This document shows, piece by piece, positions 38,713 through 47,684 of a stretch of 64,000 nt of DNA (positions are counted from its first letter, which is position 1; every line of letters starts with the position of its first letter). The position numbers and the translations under genes were made by a program. The notes beneath the pieces were generated by a model. The model ran no database searches. It was not told the origin of the DNA and saw only the letters and a program-made list of their open reading frames with translations. Source of the DNA: Nitrospira sp. (GTDB lineage: Bacteria > Nitrospirota > Nitrospiria > Nitrospirales > Nitrospiraceae); the NCBI GenBank assembly GCA_047150005.1, contig AP038806.1, positions 2,656,001 to 2,720,000 of the forward strand. The letters are read 5' to 3'.

Positions 38713-39372
38713 ATGGATCGTATCCTGGAACCAGAGCTGATGGAGGACGAAACTCAGGTCCAGGCCTACGCCAATGCGGATTTCGCCGAAGAGAATCAGG
38801 GATTCGTCGATCGGTTCCGGGAATACTTTCCCGATTTCTCGGCGGGTCATATCCTCGACCTCGGATGCGGTCCAGGCGACATTCCAATCAGGCTGGCGAA
38901 AGCCTTCACGGGCTGCCGCGTCACCGGTGTCGATGCATCGGCGCCGATGATCCGGCTGGCGGAGCGTGCAGTGCAATCAGAGGGATTGCAGGATCGGATC
39001 GCCTTCCGATGCGAGCGGTTCGAGCGCATGCCCGGGGCCAACATCGTCGATGCGGCGGTCTCCAACAGCCTGCTCCATCATCTGCCCAACCCGCTTCAGT
39101 TCTGGAACAAGCTGCGGCAACTCGTGAAGCCCGGCTCCCCCGTGCTCATCATGGATCTCCTCAGGCCGGATTCTTCGGAAGAGGCGCGAGCCATCGTGGA
39201 TCGCTATGCGGCCGGTGAACCGGACATCTTGCGGAGGGACTTCTACAATTCGCTGCTCGCCGCCTTCACCGAAGATGAAATCACGTCGCAGCTGGCCCGC
39301 ATGAACTTGACTCGTCTGTTGATCGACGTCGTCGATGATCGTCATTGGGTGGTCGGGGGCCTCGTCCATTGA
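38713..39372 (+). CDS. Class I SAM-dependent methyltransferase
   Basis: RILEPELM, ILDLGCGPGD, GVDAS, SNSLLHH. Confidence 0.88.
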   Translation: MDRILEPELMEDETQVQAYANADFAEENQGFVDRFREYFPDFSAGHILDLGCGPGDIPIRLAKAFTGCRVTGVDASAPMIRLAERAVQSEGLQDRIAFRCERFERMPGANIVDAAVSNSLLHHLPNPLQFWNKLRQLVKPGSPVLIMDLLRPDSSEEARAIVDRYAAGEPDILRRDFYNSLLAAFTEDEITSQLARMNLTRLLIDVVDDRHWVVGGLVH

Positions 39373-39377
39373 TTGGG

Positions 39378-40178
39378 ATGGTGAAAACCGTTGTCGTGTT
39401 GACCATCCTGTTGTTAATGCCCACCGCTCCCAGCCATGCTCAACTCGACCGATTGCGGAAGTCTAAGAATCCTGAGGCGGTGGCTGTACCTGATACACCT
39501 ATGGTGGTGATTCCTGAGGGGAGTTTCACGATGGGTGTCGACGGCACGCAGGCGCTTGAAGACGAACGGCCTGCCCACAAGCCCTGGCTTGCAACCTTCT
39601 CCATCGATCTCCACGAAGTGACCACCGCCCAGTATGCGGGGTTCCTTTCTGCAACCGCCCGCTCGGTGCCTTGGCAGTGGGAGACGGTTGATCTCACTCG
39701 TCACGGAGATCGCCCTGTGATCGGCGTGGATTGGACCGATGCGGATGCGTATTGCGGGTGGAAGGGAAAACGGCTGCCGACCGAGGCGGAATGGGAAAAG
39801 GCGGCGCGTGGGACAGACGGCCGCCTCTATCCGTGGGGTAACCAAGCTCCAACGCAGGATCTGGCCAATTTCGCCCTCGGGGCTCGATTTAGTTACAGCC
39901 AGGTGCTTATGCCGGTCCATTCGTACGAGAACGGCAAGAGTCCGTTCGGCCTCTTGCAGATGGCCGGCAACGTCTATGAGTGGGTACAGGACTGGTACGG
40001 GGCGAACTACTATGAAGTGTCGCCCGATCACAACCCGGCAGGTCCGGAGCAGGGCCAATTCAAGGTGTTGCGTGGCGGTTCCTGGTCTGATCTCCCGAAG
40101 TATCTCCTCACGTACGGTCGGTTCAAGCTTCCTCCGGAGACGAGAAACAGCTACACAGGCTTCCGCTGCGCCAAGTAA
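39378..40178 (+). CDS. Exported FGE-sulfatase (SUMF1/EgtB/PvdO) domain protein
   Basis: HEVT, RLPTEAEWEKAARG, MAGNVYEWV, RGGSW, GFRC; signal peptide. Confidence 0.9.
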   Translation: MVKTVVVLTILLLMPTAPSHAQLDRLRKSKNPEAVAVPDTPMVVIPEGSFTMGVDGTQALEDERPAHKPWLATFSIDLHEVTTAQYAGFLSATARSVPWQWETVDLTRHGDRPVIGVDWTDADAYCGWKGKRLPTEAEWEKAARGTDGRLYPWGNQAPTQDLANFALGARFSYSQVLMPVHSYENGKSPFGLLQMAGNVYEWVQDWYGANYYEVSPDHNPAGPEQGQFKVLRGGSWSDLPKYLLTYGRFKLPPETRNSYTGFRCAK

Positions 40179-40216
40179 GGGGACTGGCGCCCTTCTTCAT
40201 GGCGCCTGTCCCCTTT
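40177..40216. terminator. GC-rich hairpin between convergent genes (terminator or REP-like)
   Basis: AAGGGGAC-T-GGCGCC ... GGCGCC-T-GTCCCCTT followed by T. Confidence 0.65.
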
Positions 40217-40321
40217 CCATTCCGCCCTTATCTCAAAGGAGACAGACACCGCGCAGACCGGGGAAAGGCGTCGTTCTCTCTCGCCGCGGACACCACAGGC
40301 AGGCATGGGAAAGAGCGTCGT

Positions 40322-41374
40322 TCAGTAGATGCTCTTATGAACTTCGGCGGAGAGCGCACTCGTATTCCCCGCCTTGTCGTAGGCGGACAGGGCGAAGTAG
40401 TAGGTCTGTCCTACCGGTAGGTCAACGATCTTGTAGGTCGTGATCCGACCGATCGTAAAGGGAGAACCGGGATAGCCATAGGTTCCGGACGCGGTACCGA
40501 CGTAGAATTTATAGCCCGCCAGGTCATTCTCCGTACCGAGATTCCAGGACAGTATAGCGTTTCCAGTTTTCTGAACAGGGGTCGGTGTGCCGGATGGCTG
40601 GCGTGAAGAGGGGTTGCCGGCCTGAGTGTTTGGAGCCGAGCTGCCGGAGGAAGAGGTCGGTTGAGGAGTGGAAGATGTGCTCGGTGTCGTCTGGGGCATC
40701 GGCTTGGGATGCGTCGGAGGGTTGCTCGCCGGGGTGACCGCGGGGGGCAGCGGAGCCTGAATCAGATTCATGAGGCCCGGGATGTTGATCAAATTCATCA
40801 CGGCGCGCGAGCCGCTATACCGGCTGCTCGCGCCGGTCCCGCTTGCCGCGATCGGTTGAGTCGGAAGTGCACTGACTACAGGTTGGTGGCCAGCCGTGGC
40901 CGGAGCTACGGCGGCAATAGGAGTTCCCAGGGAGGTATGGGAAAGGAGAAGGGCCGTGGCGGGCTTCTGGCCTGGTCCAGCCGGGGCTGGGACGGACCGC
41001 GTAGCCTCGATTGAGCCGGCTGGAGGCTGGGTCTGCCGGGTCGAGGGGGGGATCGGGGCCTGGACCGAGGCGATCCCCGACATCCGCTCGACATCAGGAT
41101 GCTTAGCCAGTCTGCGAGGCGAGGAAGCTGGCGTTGAGGACGTGGTCGGTGAGACACCGGCCTGGATACCGGTCTGCGCTTCCAGGGACAGACCAGATGC
41201 GATGACACGCATGTGTTCGGCCGCCGGCCTGAGAATCAAGCTGTGGCGCTTTCCGTCCACCTGATCCGCGCCGAATGCCTGCACCGTCATCGAAAAGACT
41301 GCCAGACAAGCGGCAAGACGACTCGGGAACGGTGTTCTGATCGATGGTATTTTTCGGATTCCAACGATGATCAT
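40322..41374 (-). CDS. Exported P/S/T-rich protein with a C-terminal fibronectin type III domain
   Basis: Signal peptide; low-complexity linker; LSWN..DLAGYKFYVG...TYYFALSAYD.AGN.S. Confidence 0.8.
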   Translation of the reverse strand: MIIVGIRKIPSIRTPFPSRLAACLAVFSMTVQAFGADQVDGKRHSLILRPAAEHMRVIASGLSLEAQTGIQAGVSPTTSSTPASSPRRLAKHPDVERMSGIASVQAPIPPSTRQTQPPAGSIEATRSVPAPAGPGQKPATALLLSHTSLGTPIAAVAPATAGHQPVVSALPTQPIAASGTGASSRYSGSRAVMNLINIPGLMNLIQAPLPPAVTPASNPPTHPKPMPQTTPSTSSTPQPTSSSGSSAPNTQAGNPSSRQPSGTPTPVQKTGNAILSWNLGTENDLAGYKFYVGTASGTYGYPGSPFTIGRITTYKIVDLPVGQTYYFALSAYDKAGNTSALSAEVHKSIY

Positions 41375-41410
41375 GCGCGGGGCTGTCCAGAGGTGGCTCC
41401 AGCCGCGCAT

Positions 41411-41426
41411 CGCAATCAGCGTGCCG
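41411..41426 (-). promoter_or_regulatory. Sigma-54 (-24/-12) promoter
   Basis: Minus strand CGGCACGCTGATTGCG = GG-N10-GC, about 37 bp before ATG 41374. Confidence 0.7.
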
Positions 41427-41601
41427 AATCTCGGTCTCACGAGTGGCGGAGGGGCACGGCATCGTTCTGACACGGAAGTCTGCAATTTGATGCGATAATT
41501 CCCATCCGATTGCACATGAGGACTCGATTTCCGCTTCCGCGGAGATTTTTGCCCTGGAGGAAAAGCCCTGCGCGAGGTACCAATGCGAACGGATCGGTTG
41601 A

Positions 41602-42051
41602 TTATTCCAGTAGGAGAGCGATCAGGAGCAGGAGGGTCAAAAGACAGAGCACGGAGAGATAGAACCTTCTGCTGCGGTCGCCGAGCCACGCGGTTCTCCA
41701 GCTATCCGGATACAGGGTCTGATTTTCGACGATCAGGCCCTCTTCGTAGAAACCCAACGCCTGTTCGATCTGGATCAGGACCTGTTTGGCCAACCGATGC
41801 CGGTACTGCTGCTGCAGGATCAACGCGCAGAATAGACCGCACCAGGTCACGCCGACGACCCCCAACAGGAAGGTTTCCTGCGAGGACAGTCGGTGCTTTT
41901 GGGGGCTGAGGAGGAGAGCGAACAGCATCGCGATCAGCCCGAACGAGCCCAGCGCCGTGAGGCGCATCATCTGCTCTCGGCGTTTATACACCTCCTCTTT
42001 GTACAGGGGATAGATGACGGTCAAAACTTGGTGCACGCCTTCCGTCAGCAT
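41602..42051 (-). CDS. Hypothetical membrane protein (3 TM)
   Basis: Operon position, hydrophobic segments. Confidence 0.7.
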   Translation of the reverse strand: MLTEGVHQVLTVIYPLYKEEVYKRREQMMRLTALGSFGLIAMLFALLLSPQKHRLSSQETFLLGVVGVTWCGLFCALILQQQYRHRLAKQVLIQIEQALGFYEEGLIVENQTLYPDSWRTAWLGDRSRRFYLSVLCLLTLLLLIALLLE

Positions 42052-42060
42052 CGGACTTCC

Positions 42061-42870
42061 CTAAACCCGCGATGGACCGAGATGCAGGGTCAGCCAATCG
42101 GCGATGGCGTTCGTCATGGTCAGAAAATCCTCGCCCTTGCTGAACTGATGATCCGCGCCCGGCAGCACATCGAGCCGCTTGGGTCCCCGGAGCGCCTCCA
42201 GCAATCGGCGGCTTTGATGGAGCGGAACCAACTCATCGCGGTCGCCTTGCACAATCAAGGTCGGAGCGGTGATGCGCGTTGCCGGTTCATAGGCCACTTG
42301 TCGGAGACTGTCCTCGTACAGGCCATAATTGAGCCGTATGCGGTTCGGACCTCCGTGAATGTCCGGAACCATGTTCGTGTCCTTCCAGCGGGCCAGCTCA
42401 TCTAGGCCAAATTCTAAGCGAAGCTCTTCGGCAAAATCCACTACCGGGCATTTGAGGCCCAAGCAGGCGATTATGGGACGGTCGGCGGCCGTGAGGACCC
42501 CGACCAACCCGCCGAAGCTTGATCCCACCAGGCCGATCGGACTCCGGCTGCGGGCGGCAACGAAATCCACGGCGGCTTTGGCTTGGCCGAGCGCCAGCGA
42601 CACGGTGATGTCCTCAAAGCGGCCTTCGCTCTCACCATGACCGAAGAAATCGAATCGAAAGGCTGCGAAGCCTCGTTCATTGAGCAGGCGGGTCAAGGTC
42701 TTATTAGTCGTGCTGTGCTTGTTGGAGAGAAACCCGTGACAAAGCACCACAGTTCCGCGGGCTTGCACGGGCGAGCTGAGGACGGCGGATACGCGATGCC
42801 CCAGTGCGTCCTGGATCGTGACCGGTTCTTCCGTTCCATGACTGGGCATAGCGGACTGGTCTTCGGTCAT
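42061..42870 (-). CDS. Alpha/beta hydrolase
   Basis: LCHGF, FDFFGHGES, GSSFGG nucleophile elbow, QGDRD, ADH. Confidence 0.88.
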   Translation of the reverse strand: MTEDQSAMPSHGTEEPVTIQDALGHRVSAVLSSPVQARGTVVLCHGFLSNKHSTTNKTLTRLLNERGFAAFRFDFFGHGESEGRFEDITVSLALGQAKAAVDFVAARSRSPIGLVGSSFGGLVGVLTAADRPIIACLGLKCPVVDFAEELRLEFGLDELARWKDTNMVPDIHGGPNRIRLNYGLYEDSLRQVAYEPATRITAPTLIVQGDRDELVPLHQSRRLLEALRGPKRLDVLPGADHQFSKGEDFLTMTNAIADWLTLHLGPSRV

Positions 42871-44159
42871 GCCGTGTCTTTGGCCGGCAGGTCACCGAAC
42901 ACCCAAGCAAGTTTGACCGAGAAGAGGGTGAGCGAAGTCAGGAACAGAATGAAAGTAAGCCAGACCGCCGTCTGCACGACGACCGAACCGAGCGGTGAGG
43001 TCCAGGTCAGGGTGGCTACCAGGCCAAGACCCATCGTTCCCATGCTCAAGCCGGCGACTTGCGCGATGCGCCATCGATTCACGATGCCGTTCAGCCTGTC
43101 GAGATAGGGCCCGCGTTTCTTGTTGCTGGCGATCCGCTGTACGGCGAGCGTCACCGGTATCAAATGGGAGAGCGCCCCGAAGATGGTCTGCATGACGAAG
43201 CCGACCAGCGCCGTATGGGTATAGGCCACAAGGTGCAAGGTGCCGAACGGCAGGAAGGGATGCTCGCCCAGATAATTGGCCGCCACCAGCAGACCCATGA
43301 ATACCGCCAAGACCAAGAAGCACGTCGCGGTCAACAGATGATCCGATGCGGCGCTGCCCGCATGGCTGGAGGTCCGCCAGGTGGCAAACAGGTTGAAGGC
43401 ATAAAGGCACACTCCCACGGCCAGGACGGCCCCGCCGATGAATTCGATGGATAGGGACGAGATGGTAAACCCACCGATCAGCAACGCGATGCCTGTCGGC
43501 AGCAGGATAAACACCAGTCTGGCAAGGCGCGGGTTGTGAAGGGGCTGTTGCAGAACCGTCGGAAGCAGGTTGTGCATGGTTCCGACGATCGTCACCGTGA
43601 CGAATCCGAGCAGGTTCAGATGCAGATGGACCAGCCTCGCCGCACCGATCCAGGTCGGCTGAATGAGCTGCGCCGCCATGCCGATGCCCAGCGCGAGCCC
43701 GCCCGCCAGCGCCGCCAGGGCCAGGGCGTAGTACCAGACATTCAGCGGCGGTCGGTTGACGCTGCGACGGGCTTGTCGCCACGTATCTCGGGCGACCCAG
43801 AGGAAGGCCGCGAACACCATGCTGCCTGCGGCGGCCACCACCTGATGATTGCGGAACCCGAATCCCAGGACCAGCGCGAGGGCGCCGACGTTCATAGCCG
43901 CGAAGAGCACGGGATGGGAATCCCGGCGGTCACGGCCGGTCATGAGCAGAGTGGACACAAAGGTCAGCATGGCTCCCATGATCATCTGCGCGACGCCGCC
44001 GACTAAGGCGCCGTGAACATGCACGAGTCTCAATCCCGGCGGCAGCGGGGTGCCGCGAACCGATCCGATGAGCAGGGCCAGACCCAGCAACGAGGCGAGC
44101 AAGAGCCAGGCAAATCCGGTCATGATGAAGGTCAGGGGGCGGCAGATGGGAAGCGGCAT
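42867..44159 (-). CDS. Polytopic membrane protein with three His-containing repeats (heme-copper oxidase subunit I / NnrS-like motifs)
   Basis: HVHGALVGGVAQMIMG, HLHLNLLGFVTVTIVG, YTHTALVGFVMQTIFG; about 12 TM. Confidence 0.75.
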   Translation of the reverse strand: MPLPICRPLTFIMTGFAWLLLASLLGLALLIGSVRGTPLPPGLRLVHVHGALVGGVAQMIMGAMLTFVSTLLMTGRDRRDSHPVLFAAMNVGALALVLGFGFRNHQVVAAAGSMVFAAFLWVARDTWRQARRSVNRPPLNVWYYALALAALAGGLALGIGMAAQLIQPTWIGAARLVHLHLNLLGFVTVTIVGTMHNLLPTVLQQPLHNPRLARLVFILLPTGIALLIGGFTISSLSIEFIGGAVLAVGVCLYAFNLFATWRTSSHAGSAASDHLLTATCFLVLAVFMGLLVAANYLGEHPFLPFGTLHLVAYTHTALVGFVMQTIFGALSHLIPVTLAVQRIASNKKRGPYLDRLNGIVNRWRIAQVAGLSMGTMGLGLVATLTWTSPLGSVVVQTAVWLTFILFLTSLTLFSVKLAWVFGDLPAKDTA

Positions 44160-44165
44160 CGATCG

Positions 44166-44966
44166 CTAATTATCCAGAAAATAGAAATGGTTGGTCGGGC
44201 CGTTGCCGTGGCCGATCGCCAAGCCGTGCCGGATCGCTTCGGTCAGATAGGTCTTGGCGGTGTGGATCGCGTCATTGAGGGCCTTGCCCCGGGCCAGTTG
44301 GGCGGTGATGGCGGAGGCGAAGGTGCAGCCGGTCCCGTGGGTGTGCGGGGTTTCGATGAACGGGCTGCGAAACACGTTGAAGAACCGTCCGTCATAGAGC
44401 AGATCGGTGCCTCGCTCGGCGAGCAGATGGCCGCCTTTGATCAGGACGTGCCGGCAGCCGAATCCGTGAATCACCTTGGCGGCCCGACGCGCGTCGGCCA
44501 GCGAGGTGATTTCGATGCCGGACAGCTGCTGCGCCTCATGGATGTTCGGCGTGACAAGCAGAGCGAGCGGGAACAGCCGCGTTTTCAGGGTTTCAATCGC
44601 CTCTGGCTTCAGCAGGGGATGGCCGGTTTTCGAGATCATCACCGGGTCCAACACCAGATTGGCGACGTTCTGCGGTTTCAGGAGTTGCGCCACGACCTCG
44701 ACCACGGCTGCCGAGGACAACATTCCGATCTTGACCCCCGCCACGTCGAAGTCGTCGAAGACGGCGTCGATCTGTGCGGCGACGATCGATGTGGGGAGTT
44801 CGAAGACTTCCGTCACTTCCTGAGTGTTCTGGGCGGTAATGGCTGTGATCACGGACATGGCAAAGACACCGTTGGCCGACATGGCCTTGATGTCTGCCTG
44901 GATACCGGCCCCTCCGCCGGAATCGGACCCGGCAATCGTCAGAACTTGCTTGAGTGTGGTGCTCAT
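44166..44966 (-). CDS. thiD: Hydroxymethylpyrimidine / phosphomethylpyrimidine kinase
   Basis: [45 protein letters not shown]. Confidence 0.95.
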   Translation of the reverse strand: MSTTLKQVLTIAGSDSGGGAGIQADIKAMSANGVFAMSVITAITAQNTQEVTEVFELPTSIVAAQIDAVFDDFDVAGVKIGMLSSAAVVEVVAQLLKPQNVANLVLDPVMISKTGHPLLKPEAIETLKTRLFPLALLVTPNIHEAQQLSGIEITSLADARRAAKVIHGFGCRHVLIKGGHLLAERGTDLLYDGRFFNVFRSPFIETPHTHGTGCTFASAITAQLARGKALNDAIHTAKTYLTEAIRHGLAIGHGNGPTNHFYFLDN

Positions 44967-44998
44967 TATGGAGAATTTCAGTTCAGGGAGCCGGATGC

Positions 44999-45027
44999 CT
45001 TTATAGCTCAGGGCATCGGGTCTGTCT
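44999..45027 (-). promoter_or_regulatory. Sigma-70 promoter for the thiD operon
   Basis: Minus strand TAGACA-N17-TATAAA. Confidence 0.55.
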
Positions 45028-45045
45028 AGCAATGGGCGCGGTCGG

Positions 45046-45528
45046 TCAGCGTACCAGCAGGCGACCGAGGCCTCGTCCGATGGCATAACCGACCGGCAGC
45101 AGTCCGGTCAGTCCGATGGGTAGAAAGATGTACACGAGGGCGCCTTGTGCGTCGGGAAACCACAGGGTGGCCATATGAACCCAGGCACTGAGTCCGATCG
45201 CTCCAAGGACGGCCGCCACCACACCCGCCATCCGCCGTTTGGCCAGCAAGAGAGACCGGGTCGAGGTCATTCCCATATGGAGCAGCAGAAAGAGGGCGAG
45301 AAAGACGAAGGGGATCGCATTCAGCAGCCCGACCAGGAATAGATTGTAGCCCGGCGCAAACAGGTGGAGCCGCCACTGGTGTAGCGCCTGTTCGACGGAC
45401 TGGTGATGTTTGAACAGGTCCACCAGGATCACGGCGATCCAGGGTATGGTCAGGCCCAGCCCGACGCAGGTCCAGTACAGGATCACGGTAGTCCGCTCGA
45501 GGCGAGAATGCGAGACTGTATGGCTCAC
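45046..45528 (-). CDS. Hypothetical membrane protein (4 TM)
   Basis: ATGA overlap with the HEAT gene; hydrophobic helices. Confidence 0.7.
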   Translation of the reverse strand: MSHTVSHSRLERTTVILYWTCVGLGLTIPWIAVILVDLFKHHQSVEQALHQWRLHLFAPGYNLFLVGLLNAIPFVFLALFLLLHMGMTSTRSLLLAKRRMAGVVAAVLGAIGLSAWVHMATLWFPDAQGALVYIFLPIGLTGLLPVGYAIGRGLGRLLVR

Positions 45529-46616
45529 GGTGTTCCTCCGCTCGTGAGTGGCACCGATTCGATCGACCGCAAGGCGTCCGCCACCGCGTCGCGGACGACA
45601 GGGTCGTGGTCGGCAAGTATCTGTCGCAGGGCAGGCAGAGCCTGAGCGGCGGCAGGGCCGATGGCGCCGAGCGCTTCGACGGCCAGATACCGGTGCAGGG
45701 GGAGGCGGTCGTTGAGGAAGGGGATGATCGCTGGCACCGCGTCCGCCGACGGCGGTCCCAGTCTGGCGAGCCGCTGCAACGCGTCCTCTCGGTCGTCCTT
45801 CCGCTGCAGTCGCGCCATGAGCATCTGGACGTCGGTGCGATGGACGCCGCCGCCGCGATCCAACGCGATTCGTGCCAGCGAGGCGACGGTCTTGTCCGAG
45901 TCTTTCTGCAGGCCGGCCAACGGGGCGAGCGCCGTGGTCGGGATCGGAACGGCAAAGGCGAACAGCGAGACGGCGCGATGTCGCACGCCGGGCGCCCGAT
46001 CAAAAAGGGCCGTCGTCAGTGCGGTCGACACCTCGGTCTGCGGGACGCCGATCGCGGCGAGTGCCTCGATCGCTCGTTCCCGCGCAAGATCGTCCTCGTC
46101 CGCCAGCATCTTGATCAGCGCCGGTACGACCGGCTTCGCGAGAAGTCCCAGACTGCCGAGCAGGGAGCAGGTGTGACGCCTGACGTCCGCATCCGAGGCG
46201 CTCAGACCCGGCAGGGAATCTTGCATCACGCGGCGAGCCGCCTGAAGATCCACAGACCGGAGCGCCGCTGTCGCCGAAATCCGCATATGCCAATTTGTAT
46301 GGTGGAGGGCCAGATCGACGAGCAGGGGCGCCGCCGGACGCGCATCCTCGCCCAATTCCGACAGCCGTTGGGCCGCCAGCATCTGAGCCTGCAGGTCCTG
46401 ACCCTGCAAATCCTCGATGAGTCCGGGCGCGGCCCGAGGGCCGGTGTGCAGCCAGAACGTCAGCCCCAACAAGCCGGCGCCGATGACCAAGGCGAAGACC
46501 TGCCTCGCGATTCGGCGCGGAGTGAGAATGGTAGGAGAAACGGCCTGATCCTTGTTCACACAACCTTCCGCACTTTCTCTATCCCCATCCGCTCTTGGCC
46601 GTGCCTGCGCCATCAC
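45525..46616 (-). CDS. Membrane-anchored HEAT/PBS-lyase repeat protein
   Basis: Repeated D...VR..A..ALG.IG units after one TM. Confidence 0.82.
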   Translation of the reverse strand: MMAQARPRADGDRESAEGCVNKDQAVSPTILTPRRIARQVFALVIGAGLLGLTFWLHTGPRAAPGLIEDLQGQDLQAQMLAAQRLSELGEDARPAAPLLVDLALHHTNWHMRISATAALRSVDLQAARRVMQDSLPGLSASDADVRRHTCSLLGSLGLLAKPVVPALIKMLADEDDLARERAIEALAAIGVPQTEVSTALTTALFDRAPGVRHRAVSLFAFAVPIPTTALAPLAGLQKDSDKTVASLARIALDRGGGVHRTDVQMLMARLQRKDDREDALQRLARLGPPSADAVPAIIPFLNDRLPLHRYLAVEALGAIGPAAAQALPALRQILADHDPVVRDAVADALRSIESVPLTSGGTP

Positions 46617-46770
46617 AATCGGCTGGGGGTAGGAGGGTGGCGCTGAGCCAGCCCATTGGTTTCTCGATTTCGCTCTTCAGGAATGGAAATACCCAGCACG
46701 CGACTTGTGCCGAGGCTCGGGCCACGCATTTCCCGATTTTCTTCTGTCTCTTCACTTCTTAATAAGGTGT

Positions 46771-46873
46771 TCGACGGGTGGCGTCGAGCGGGCGCCCAAG
46801 CACGCGCAGCGGGGGCCCCACACCGGGCGGGGGTGCGAGCATGCTTGGGCTGCTCGGCGACAGGACCCGTCGA
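46771..46873. repeat. About 100-nt imperfect palindrome just downstream of tenA
   Basis: TCGACGGGT/ACCCGTCGA, CGTCGAGCG/TGCTCGGCG, GCCCAAGCA/TGCTTGGGC nested stems. Confidence 0.75.
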
Positions 46874-46874
46874 C

Positions 46875-47543
46875 TCACACCGGCCACTGCTCCTCAGTCC
46901 AGGCCATTTCCCAGAACATCCATTCGTAGCGCGAGCTGATCACGAAGGCCTCTTCCATCCTGCGCCGTTCTTGCTGTCCCGCGGTTTTCGCCCAGTGATC
47001 GACTTGGCGTCTCATCCACCGCTGCACGTCGGCGAATTCGGGGGATGCGTAGAGCAGGAGCCAATTCCGGTAGGGGTGGGTTTTGGGGGGCGGCCCCTGT
47101 CGCAGGAGATGCCGCCCCACGACGCAATAGATCCAGGCACAGGGCAGCGCCGCCACCGCAATCTCCGCCGCCGATCCCGAGGCGGCGACGGCGAGCATAT
47201 GGCGGGTATAGGCGTAATTCGTCGGAGCCATCGACACGGAGGCCATGGCGCGGGCGGTCATCTTCCAGCCGGTTCCGTAGCTCTCATGCAGGCTGCGTTC
47301 GACGGTGATGGTGTCTTCCGCGAGCTTGGCGAACCGAAGCCCCGATTCCGAGTCCGGCGCACGCAAGGCGCCGGCGGCGAACACGCGGGACAGATCGCCG
47401 AGGAAGCGCGCGTCCTGCAGGATGTAGTAGCGGAATTTGCGCTGAGGCAAGGTTCCGTTGCCCAGCGCCACGACGAAAGGATGGGAGAGTTGGGCGTCCC
47501 AAATCGGTTTGGCGAGCCTGCGGAGATGATCGCTGAACGACAT
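46875..47543 (-). CDS. tenA: Thiaminase II / aminopyrimidine aminohydrolase
   Basis: HPFV..LGNGTL..FRYYILQD, YTRH, LPCAWIY, YEWMFWEMA. Confidence 0.92.
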   Translation of the reverse strand: MSFSDHLRRLAKPIWDAQLSHPFVVALGNGTLPQRKFRYYILQDARFLGDLSRVFAAGALRAPDSESGLRFAKLAEDTITVERSLHESYGTGWKMTARAMASVSMAPTNYAYTRHMLAVAASGSAAEIAVAALPCAWIYCVVGRHLLRQGPPPKTHPYRNWLLLYASPEFADVQRWMRRQVDHWAKTAGQQERRRMEEAFVISSRYEWMFWEMAWTEEQWPV

Positions 47544-47585
47544 CGAGTATCCTCTCTGGTAAGGTGTGGCTCACTGAGTCGAAGC

Positions 47586-47673
47586 GCGTATGGCCTATGG
47601 CGTATAGCACGTAATCGGATCAGAGCGACGTGCTTTCTTCGAATCGATCCGGTTTAGTGCCATAAGTCATACG
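47586..47673. repeat. Inverted heptamer repeat between sthA and tenA
   Basis: GCGTATG GCCTATG GCGTATA ... GCCATAA GTCATAC G. Confidence 0.75.
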
Positions 47674-47684
47674 TCGTTGGCCCT

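Noticed and set aside
38149..40178. MOSC + methyltransferase + FGE-domain genes as an ergothioneine/ovothiol-like pathway or a true formylglycine-generating enzyme
   Set aside because: The FGE-domain protein has a signal peptide, no DinB-like domain and no catalytic Cys pair; the methyltransferase is not EgtD-like
44967..45045. TPP riboswitch before thiD (GATGCC/GGCATC hairpin with CTGAG)
   Set aside because: Too short and lacks the remaining aptamer motifs; better explained as a sigma-70 promoter
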